This document shows positions 56,860-64,000 of a stretch of 64,000 bases of DNA, one piece after another. Each line of letters opens with the position of its first letter. The stretch's first letter is position 1. The position numbers and the translations under genes were made by a program. The notes beneath the pieces were generated by a model. It did not search any database and had not been told where the DNA came from. It saw nothing but the letters and a program-made list of their open reading frames with translations. This stretch comes from Vicinamibacterales bacterium (lineage in GTDB: Bacteria > Acidobacteriota > Vicinamibacteria > Vicinamibacterales > UBA8438): assembly GCA_965206285.1 (NCBI GenBank), contig OZ242205.1, positions 4,255,887 through 4,319,886 of the forward strand, in the 5' to 3' direction.

Positions 56860-57699
56860 ATGAAGACACAAGTACCCGTATCCGACCGCAAGGACCATGA
56901 CCGCATCACCGCCGGGGTGCCGTTCGTGGAAGCGATGGCCCGGCGCATGGCCGCTACCCTGCCGCATTCGATCGATCTGGGCGACCTGGTGCAGGACGGC
57001 ATGATCGGCCTGATCGACGCGGCGCACCGGTTCGACGAGCGGCGCGGCATCAAGTTCGAGACGTTCGCCGAACGGCGCGTCCGGGGGGCGATGATCGACG
57101 CCATGCGCCGCGATGCCTGGCCTCGCGGCGTTCGCAAGGTCCGGCGGGAGCTGGAGGCGGCCCGCGAGAAGCTGCGTCACGAGCTCGGAGCCGAGCCGTC
57201 TCTCGCAGACCTCGCGAAACACATGGGCTCGGACGCAGCACGGTTGAGCCGAACCATCGTTCGCATCAAGACGATTGAATCGACGTCGCCTCTCGCTTCC
57301 AGCGATGCCGCGCACAATGCAACTCTGCCGCCGGTCATGAGCCCGGCGGAGTTGCCGGGGCCGGACCGGGTCTGCGAGCGGGACGATGTCGCCAACCGGG
57401 TCCGAGAGGCTATCAAGGCGCTGCCGGCCCGCGAACGGAAGGTCATCGGCCTGTACTACTACGGCGACGTGACGATGAAGGAGATTGGCGGCGAGATCGG
57501 AGTGAACGAGTCCCGGGTCTCGCAGTTGCATGCGCGCGCGGTGCAGCGCCTGCGCAAGGAGCTCGGGCCCGACCTGAGTCCCGAGCCGATGGCCGCGTCG
57601 ATGACCGCCGGTGCGACACCGGTGGGACGGGGCCGCCGGCGTCTGAACATGGCCAAGGCTCGCCTGCCGATGGCGGCTCGCAGGACGAGCGCCGCGTGA
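56860..57699 (+). CDS. FliA/WhiG-family (sigma28-type) sigma factor
   Basis: DLVQDGMIGLIDAAHRFD, KFETFAERRVRGAMIDAMR, TMKEIG...VNESRVSQLH. Confidence 0.9.
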   Translation: MKTQVPVSDRKDHDRITAGVPFVEAMARRMAATLPHSIDLGDLVQDGMIGLIDAAHRFDERRGIKFETFAERRVRGAMIDAMRRDAWPRGVRKVRRELEAAREKLRHELGAEPSLADLAKHMGSDAARLSRTIVRIKTIESTSPLASSDAAHNATLPPVMSPAELPGPDRVCERDDVANRVREAIKALPARERKVIGLYYYGDVTMKEIGGEIGVNESRVSQLHARAVQRLRKELGPDLSPEPMAASMTAGATPVGRGRRRLNMAKARLPMAARRTSAA

Positions 57700-57716
57700 C
57701 CCGTGCCGGCGCTCGG

Positions 57717-59270
57717 TTATCCGATCACCTCGTGGGCCACCCGGAGCAGATCGTGAAGTCGAAACGGCTTGGCCAGCCACCGGCATCCGGTTTCGACCAG
57801 GAAGCGATCCGCATCGGTGCCCGCCACGTCCCCCGTGACGAAGATTATGCGGCGGGCGAGTGACGGATTCGTCTCGCACAACACCCGGTAGAACGCCCGT
57901 CCGTCCAGTCGCGGCATCTTCAGGTCGCAGATGACGAGATCGAAAGGCTGGTCCTCGACGCGCTGCAGCGCCTCTTCCCCGTCGCCGGCCCGCTCCACGC
58001 GGTAGCCGGCGTCGGCCAGCGAGTCGGCCACCGCCGCGGCGAGAGCGGGTTCGTCCTCCACGAGCAGGACGCGGGCCCCGGCCGCCGGAGTCCGGTTGAC
58101 GGTGGCCGCCGGCGCTGCGCGCCACACGCCCGCGCCGGCCGGAAACGATACGAAGAACGATGCTCCGGCGCCGGGAGCCGAATCGACCCGAATCTGTCCC
58201 CCGTGCTCCTGAACGATGGCATAGGCCACGGTCAGCCCGAGTCCGGTTCCCTTGCCGATCGCCTTGGTCGTGTAGAAGGGATCGAAGATCCTGGTCCGGA
58301 CGTCGTCCGGGATGCCGGGACCGTCGTCATTGACCTCGAGGGTGACCATGCCCTGGGCATCGTCATACCAGCTCCGGGTGACGAGCGAGCCCCGGCCGTT
58401 CGCGGCCAGCATCGCGTGTTCGGCGTTGATGATCAGGTTCAGCAGCACCTGCTTCACCTGGTGGGGGTCCGAGAAGATGTGGGGCAGCCCGCTGGCGAGG
58501 GCGTCGAGGGTCGTGATGTTCGACATGCGTTGTTCGTAGGCGCGCAGGGCCAGGGTGTCGCGCACGATGCCGTTCATGTCGACGAGCGCCCGGGTGGTAT
58601 TGCGCTTGCGAGCGAACGTCAGCAGGTTCCTCACGATCCTCGCGGCCCGCTCCGCCTCGCCGAGAATCGTCTCGACCCCGCGTTTCGTCTCGGCCTCGAC
58701 GGGACGAGCCGCCAATCGTTCCGCACACGTGAGAATGGTCGCCAGCGGATTGTTCAGCTCGTGGGCCACGCCGGAGATTGTCTGGCCCAGGGCCGCCATC
58801 TTCTCCGACTGCACCAGCTCATGGCCCGGGTCGCGCCCCAGCGCGTCGAGCTTCCGCCGCTCGCTGACGTCGCGTACGAGGGCATCGAGGCGGGGGGGAC
58901 CCTGGTCGTCCGGCGCATGCAGCGTTGCGGTGACCTCGACCCACATCGAGCTGTCGTCGGCCCGCCGGAGACGGACCAGGTAGTTGCTGACGGCGCCGTC
59001 CCGGCGCAACCGCGTGAGGAAGTCGGTGCGAGCCCGCTCATCGACGAACCGGTCGGCTGCGAACGGCTGCAGCCTCCCGTCGGGTTCGTCCGGGTCGAAC
59101 CCGAACATGAGCTTCAGGTGTGGGTTCGCGCTCAACGTCTCGACGGTCGTGGCGTCGAGCGCGCCTATGTAGATCCCCTCGGGGATGGACTCGTACAGCC
59201 TGGAAAGCAGTTCCGCCGGTGGCCGGGAAGGACTGCGCGGCACCATGCGGGATGATGGCGGGTGCGCCAT
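57717..59270 (-). CDS. cytoplasmic PAS hybrid histidine kinase (PAS-HisKA-HATPase-REC)
   Basis: GVAHELNNPL, NLIINAEHA, DDGPGI, FYTTK, GTGLGL; C-terminal receiver LLVEDE/CDLKMP. Confidence 0.93.
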   Translation of the reverse strand: MAHPPSSRMVPRSPSRPPAELLSRLYESIPEGIYIGALDATTVETLSANPHLKLMFGFDPDEPDGRLQPFAADRFVDERARTDFLTRLRRDGAVSNYLVRLRRADDSSMWVEVTATLHAPDDQGPPRLDALVRDVSERRKLDALGRDPGHELVQSEKMAALGQTISGVAHELNNPLATILTCAERLAARPVEAETKRGVETILGEAERAARIVRNLLTFARKRNTTRALVDMNGIVRDTLALRAYEQRMSNITTLDALASGLPHIFSDPHQVKQVLLNLIINAEHAMLAANGRGSLVTRSWYDDAQGMVTLEVNDDGPGIPDDVRTRIFDPFYTTKAIGKGTGLGLTVAYAIVQEHGGQIRVDSAPGAGASFFVSFPAGAGVWRAAPAATVNRTPAAGARVLLVEDEPALAAAVADSLADAGYRVERAGDGEEALQRVEDQPFDLVICDLKMPRLDGRAFYRVLCETNPSLARRIIFVTGDVAGTDADRFLVETGCRWLAKPFRLHDLLRVAHEVIG

Positions 59271-59316
59271 GTCCGGGCGCGCTCACGCAGGCCGTGGGCG
59301 CACCCGGACGGGTCGG

Positions 59317-59952
59317 TCAGTTGCCACGCGGTGCGGTCGGCGTCGGTGTGGCGTAGGCGGACTGTGAAGCGTACTTGTTCATGACGGCGCCCTGGATATC
59401 CGAAGGCGCTGCGCCGAGAGCATGCATCTGCATCGCGTCACGCGCGACTGCCAGACAATGCGATCAGGTCATGCCGTGGACGTCCCACTCGGTCACGGCG
59501 CCGTTCGGTGCGCGCGACTCGACGAAGCAGTCCACGTTCGACCGATGCCCGTCGCTGTTGCCGCAGCCGCAATAGCAGGGGACGTACTCCAGCACATCCG
59601 GATTCCGCGCGGCGAACACGTAGGCCTGCCTCATGAGGTCGGCCGGACCCGCCGTCTGCGGCACGTAGGGCAGCGGCGGCATGGGCAATCCTTCGAGATC
59701 CGCACTCGTGAACTGCGGGGCGGAGGACGCCGGCGCGCCGCCCGAAGCGGTTGGAGATGCAGGCGCGGATGACGCTTCGCTCGCCTGATCGGGCGAGGCC
59801 GGTACCGCCCGGTCCGCACCCGACATCAGGAAAGCCCCGGTGCCGGCGAGGACGACGAGACCGAGCGCGATCAGCACCCACCGACCGCCGTTCGAGCGCG
59901 TCTCGACGACGGGCGCGGGGGGGGGCTGTCTGCGACGTTGCTTGGAAGCCAT
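59317..59952 (-). CDS. PCYCGC-motif membrane-anchored protein, probable selenoprotein (Sec at TGA 59464-59466)
   Basis: YVPCYCGCG...HRSNVDCF...HGMT-TGA-SHCLAVARDAM; the frame continues 48 codons past the TGA to a stop at 59317; hairpin right after the TGA. Confidence 0.85.
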
Positions 59953-60047
59953 GAAGTGCATTCTATCAGAGAGTCCGGAGAGTCGATTGGGTGGCAGGCG
60001 GACTCGCCGGGCGACGATTTCCGGGCCGGCGCGGCGGAGCGGCCGGG

Positions 60048-60497
60048 CTATTGCGTGGGTCCGAGGGCGAAGGTCATCCGGCCGTCGAGCGCCGCCTTGC
60101 CGCCCGCCGTCGCTACGCCGTGCAACTGGCCCATGCGGCTGCGCAGACGTTTCACGTTGACCTCGATATGCAGGACATCGCCGGGATGGGCGGGTCTGCG
60201 GTAGCGCACCCGCTCGATGCCCACGATGTAAATCAGCTTCTCGCGGTTCTCCGGTTTGGAGAGAATCAGAATCGCTCCGACCTGGGCGACTGCTTCCGTC
60301 AGGATGGTGGGCGGCAGCACCGGCCGCTCGCCGGGCCGGCGGGCGAGATACCGTTCGTTGAGGGAGACGTTCTTGACGCCGACGATGCGCTTGTCTACCT
60401 CGAACTCCGTGATCCGATCGACGAGAAGGAACGGATAGCGATGAGGGAGGATCCGCTCGATGGCGCTGTAGTCGAGCGGGAGGCTCAACGGTTCCAT
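60048..60497 (-). CDS. FabZ-like hotdog-fold protein (catalytic His not evident)
   Basis: ILPHRYPFLLVDRI, KNVSLNE, EAVAQ, PGD. Confidence 0.85.
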   Translation of the reverse strand: MEPLSLPLDYSAIERILPHRYPFLLVDRITEFEVDKRIVGVKNVSLNERYLARRPGERPVLPPTILTEAVAQVGAILILSKPENREKLIYIVGIERVRYRRPAHPGDVLHIEVNVKRLRSRMGQLHGVATAGGKAALDGRMTFALGPTQ

Positions 60498-60504
60498 GGA
60501 GCGG

Positions 60505-61860
60505 TCACCGTCCGGCGCCGCGCGAAGACGACGATGACGCGATCGCCTCGGTTCCCGGACCGGCGCCTTCCTTGTCGTGCGTTCCCGTGGCGGCGGCGGG
60601 GACCCGCGCGACCGCGCGCGGGTCCGAGGGCAGCAGAGGCGCCAACTGGGCGGCCAGGATGGAGGCGGTTGCCTGCACGGCGTCGCTCGACTCCCAATCG
60701 TCGCGCAACTCGGCGGAAAGCACTCCGATACAACGATCCGCCACCATCAGCGGCGCGGCCAGGGCGCCGGTGTCGGCGTCGCTGGATTCGACGACCTGAA
60801 TGCGGTTGGTGGTGAACGCGGCGGACGTCGGGTTGTCCCCGGCCTGTGGAATCGAGCCGATGCGCTCCAGGGTCCCAGGCGGGTATCCATGTCCCAGCGC
60901 GGGCTGCAACGTCCGGGCGTTCTCGTTGCTCACCCAGATGATAAGCCCGGTGGCGTTCATCAGCGTCGCGGTTCGCGCCAACAGATAGGAGAGCTGACCC
61001 TGGTTCGTGAGATTGCCGAAATCGGTGCACAGCGCGGCCACGGCGCCGAGATCCGGCGCGGGTTCTTCGGCGGGCGATTCGCGAACGGGGTCCGGACCGG
61101 CGTCGCCGGCCGCCCGTGTCATGCTTCCGGCGGCCTCCCCCGTGTCCCCGCGGCCGGCCCGGTCGAGCGCCTCGACCGCCGAGTCGTTGTCCAGCGACAA
61201 CAGCGACAGTCCGGAGGGTTCCGAAACGCGGTATTCGTCGGAGTCCGCGGTCGGATCGTACGCATCGGACGAGACGTGCAGCGGCGCCAGCACCAGCATG
61301 GACAGGACGATGACGACCGCGACGATCCACATCATCGTCGCCTGGGTCGAACGGGCGACCCGCATCACGCCGAGTCGCGTCGTGCGCTCGACCTGCAGAG
61401 CCGCCTGCACCTGCGCGGTGGCGAGATCGACGAGCTCGAAACCCTCGGTGAAGATCAGGTCCGAGGCCGCCAACGGCTGATCCGAACCGATGTGCTCGCG
61501 GGCGTCCTCATCCATTTCCCGGATGTCGGCCACCGCTTCCACCGCGAGGTCGAGGGCATCGAGCGTGCCCGGGTTCGCGACCTGCTTGAGATTGTCGAGG
61601 CTGCCGCTGACCGTCTCGAGATGAGCGGCGACCTGCGCGATCCAGTAGTCCCGATCCTGGCCATCCGCCACGTAGGCCTGCTGGGCGCTCCTCAGCTCGG
61701 CGAGAGTGAGCTTGAGAGTCCAGCCAAGGTCGGTGAAGACCCGCTCTCTGCCCTGCTCGTCGGCGAGCGTGGCGTTCGAAAGCCTGATCTGATTCCCCGC
61801 GAAGGCCAGTGTCGCGAGTGCTAGAATGACGACGACAGTACGAACCGAGCGGCTCCCCAT
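60505..61860 (-). CDS. membrane protein: 2 TM, helical periplasmic domain, acidic linker, C-terminal GAF-like domain
   Basis: Two hydrophobic segments; LAAPLMVADRCIGVLSAE GAF-like end. Confidence 0.75.
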   Translation of the reverse strand: MGSRSVRTVVVILALATLAFAGNQIRLSNATLADEQGRERVFTDLGWTLKLTLAELRSAQQAYVADGQDRDYWIAQVAAHLETVSGSLDNLKQVANPGTLDALDLAVEAVADIREMDEDAREHIGSDQPLAASDLIFTEGFELVDLATAQVQAALQVERTTRLGVMRVARSTQATMMWIVAVVIVLSMLVLAPLHVSSDAYDPTADSDEYRVSEPSGLSLLSLDNDSAVEALDRAGRGDTGEAAGSMTRAAGDAGPDPVRESPAEEPAPDLGAVAALCTDFGNLTNQGQLSYLLARTATLMNATGLIIWVSNENARTLQPALGHGYPPGTLERIGSIPQAGDNPTSAAFTTNRIQVVESSDADTGALAAPLMVADRCIGVLSAELRDDWESSDAVQATASILAAQLAPLLPSDPRAVARVPAAATGTHDKEGAGPGTEAIASSSSSRGAGR

Positions 61861-61926
61861 ATTGGGCAGCTACTATACCACCGTTGGTCCGGCTGTCGTC
61901 TCCCGTTTCGTCCCCCGGATGCGGCG

Positions 61927-62886
61927 GTGAGCGTTCGCCTGCCGCGTTGCGCGACCCTCGTCGGCGCGCAAGAACCCTTGACAGTACGGTCTCCGCTGGC
62001 GTTCATCATCAACCCGGCCGCGGGTTCGGCGGCCCGCAGGGGGAAGATCCAGGGACTGGCCGAGATGGCCCGGCGACGCTGCGCGGACGCCGGCGTCCCC
62101 TGCGAGGTGACGTTCACGGAGGGACCGGGTCACGGTCGGGAGCTTGCGGCGGCCCTGGCCGGCCGTCGGTTCTCTCCGGTTGTGGCATGGGGGGGCGACG
62201 GCACCGTCAACGAAGTGGCTTCGGCGCTGATGCACCGGGACGCGGTGCTCGGTATCGTGCCGGCCGGATCCGGAAACGGATTGGCGCGAGAGCTCGGCAT
62301 CAGCCTCCGGCCCGAACGGGCGCTCGCGGTGGCGGTGCACGGCCACGACCGGGTGATCGACATGGGCGAGCTCGCCGGCCGGCCGTTCGTGAACATCGCG
62401 GGCGTGGGGCTGGCGGTGTCGGTGGCCGATCTGTTCGGTCGCCTGGCCGGCCGCGGACTGCCCCGTTACGTACGGGCGGCCGCGCGGCAGTTGGTCCGCT
62501 ACCGGAGCCGGCGATACACCCTCGTGACCGAGGAACGTACGATCGAGCAGCCGGCCCTGTTCGTGGAGGTGGCGAACGGCCGGCAGTATGGCAACGGGGC
62601 GGTGATCGCGCCTCGCGCCCGCCTCGACGACGGCCTGCTCGAGCTGGTGTCGGTGGACCCGATCGGTCCCGCGAGAGCCCTGTGGGGCCTGCGGCGCCTC
62701 TTCAACGGCACCATCGACCGCCATCCCTACGTACACTGCTCCCGAGTCGAGGGGGTGACGATCTCCGCCGACCGGCCGCTCCGGTTTCACGTCGATGGAG
62801 AAGTGGTGCAGGGCGGGTGCTCGCTGACCGCCACGATCCATCCGAAGGCCCTGCGGGTCCGGGTTCCGGCGCCGGCCGGCGATTGA
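61927..62886 (+). CDS. diacylglycerol kinase catalytic-domain (YegS/DAGK) lipid kinase
   Basis: IINPAAG, WGGDGTVNEV, PAGSGNGLA, NGRQYG, HVDGE. Confidence 0.92.
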   Translation: MSVRLPRCATLVGAQEPLTVRSPLAFIINPAAGSAARRGKIQGLAEMARRRCADAGVPCEVTFTEGPGHGRELAAALAGRRFSPVVAWGGDGTVNEVASALMHRDAVLGIVPAGSGNGLARELGISLRPERALAVAVHGHDRVIDMGELAGRPFVNIAGVGLAVSVADLFGRLAGRGLPRYVRAAARQLVRYRSRRYTLVTEERTIEQPALFVEVANGRQYGNGAVIAPRARLDDGLLELVSVDPIGPARALWGLRRLFNGTIDRHPYVHCSRVEGVTISADRPLRFHVDGEVVQGGCSLTATIHPKALRVRVPAPAGD

Positions 62887-62907
62887 GCCGCCGTCCCTCG
62901 AAGACCG

Positions 62908-63309
62908 CTACCAGTCCCAGGAGCTCAACGCCTCATCCCAGAGGGCGTAGCACTCCTGCGCGATGCCGGTCTCGAAGAACTCGTTCGGCAGCGTGTACAT
63001 CGAGCCCATCATCTCGATCAGCTCTCCGTCCCGATACCAGGCCGAGACCACGTGACCCTCCAGCGGCCGCCCGTCGCCGGAGACCAGCTCGGTCGATTCG
63101 ATCCGTACCCGCCACGATGTGATGCCGCCCTCGCCGTCCGGGCCCATGAACGTCAGCTCGTTGCCGTCGTGCTGGAAGTCGGTCACGCTGTCGACCGCCG
63201 CGAGCTGCTCCCCGAACGAGCTCACCAGGTTGACCTCTCCCGGCTGCATGGCGCAGGCCGCCAGCACCGGAACCACGACCAGCAGCATGCTCCGGAAACG
63301 CTTCATCAC
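62908..63309 (-). CDS. hypothetical lipoprotein
   Basis: Signal peptide with lipobox VLAAC; GC-type codon usage. Confidence 0.7.
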   Translation of the reverse strand: MMKRFRSMLLVVVPVLAACAMQPGEVNLVSSFGEQLAAVDSVTDFQHDGNELTFMGPDGEGGITSWRVRIESTELVSGDGRPLEGHVVSAWYRDGELIEMMGSMYTLPNEFFETGIAQECYALWDEALSSWDW

Positions 63310-63360
63310 GGCTCTGTCCCTTCACGACCCCGCCATCTGCGCCGGCCCGGAGCCCTCCGC

Positions 63361-64000
63361 TCAGGAGCCGGCATCGGCGGTCCGAGCGTCCGATACGGGA
63401 CGCAGAATGGCATAGGTCGGCAACCCGATGCCGTCGAGATGCTTCAGCACGTCCCGGGCGGGAGAGGCATCGAGATCCTCCGCCTGGAACTTCACCTTCA
63501 CGTACCCCTCCAGCCCCGCTTCGACCGCCGCGGCCTTGAGGGTGGTGCGGTCCATCGTGAGGCAGTTCTTGCACCACGTGGCCCACATGTCGACGAGGAC
63601 CAGCTTGTTCTCCGCCTTCGCCGCCGCCAGACCCTGGCCGAGCGAGGCATGCCAGCCTTCGTCCAGCAGCTCCTGGACGCTGCTGGCGACCTCCTCGGGA
63701 TCGACCCAGCGCTGCGCGAACAACCCGTAGCCCAGGTAGCCGTAGTACACCGCGGTGCCGAGAATGAACACGCCGAAGGCATGCTTCACGTGGACCATCC
63801 AGGCGCCCGGTTTCGGCATCCACGACAGTCCGGCGCCCGCGACCGGCCACGGCAGGGCCATCCCGAGTCCCAGGACGAACGGCAGCGCGAGAGCCAGCGT
63901 CGTGCCCGTACCGTACAGGTTGCTCGAGAACACGATGACCTGGATGACCACCGGCGCCACGCACGCCCCCGCCAGCAGGGCGGCGACCGCGCCCATGCCG
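63361..64000 (-). CDS. DsbD/CcdA-type thiol:disulfide interchange protein with C-terminal thioredoxin (5' end outside the window)
   Basis: GACVAPV, LGLGMALPW, MPKPGAWM, WATWCKNC, GLPTY. Confidence 0.88.
   Translation of the reverse strand, partial: GMGAVAALLAGACVAPVVIQVIVFSSNLYGTGTTLALALPFVLGLGMALPWPVAGAGLSWMPKPGAWMVHVKHAFGVFILGTAVYYGYLGYGLFAQRWVDPEEVASSVQELLDEGWHASLGQGLAAAKAENKLVLVDMWATWCKNCLTMDRTTLKAAAVEAGLEGYVKVKFQAEDLDASPARDVLKHLDGIGLPTYAILRPVSDARTADAGS

Overview
High-GC bacterial chromosome segment spanning the replication origin. Gene order and protein style suggest Acidobacteriota, probably Vicinamibacteria (inference). Core content: DUF885 protein, rsmI-glmU-glmS-pcrA, an apparently damaged Mrp/Mbh-type antiporter operon, dnaA-dnaN-gyrB-gyrA (no recF) with DnaA-box clusters on both sides of dnaA, rpmH-rnpA-yidD-yidC-jag-mnmE-mnmG, an inverted rsmG overlapping mnmG, and two parS sites bracketing pyrF and decayed IS21/IS110 remnants. 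These are followed by parAB, the F1 ATP synthase genes (atpHAGDC), PP2C-wzm-wzt-mfd-PPIase-dusB, a DUF1800/DUF1501 pair and a signalling cluster (sigma54 activator, HTH and HisKA-only mini-proteins, a sigma28-type factor behind a sigma54 promoter, a PAS hybrid kinase). Main observations: (1) a PCYCGC-motif protein whose in-frame TGA sits in a UxxC motif followed by a SECIS-like hairpin, a probable selenoprotein missed by the ORF track and lying directly upstream of the kinase; (2) a ~195-bp mosaic of four fragments of this genome's own gyrB in alternating orientation, one a perfect 55-bp copy; (3) MITE-like dispersed repeats repeatedly found right after CTAG-embedded TAG stop codons. All alignments were made by eye; no searches were run.
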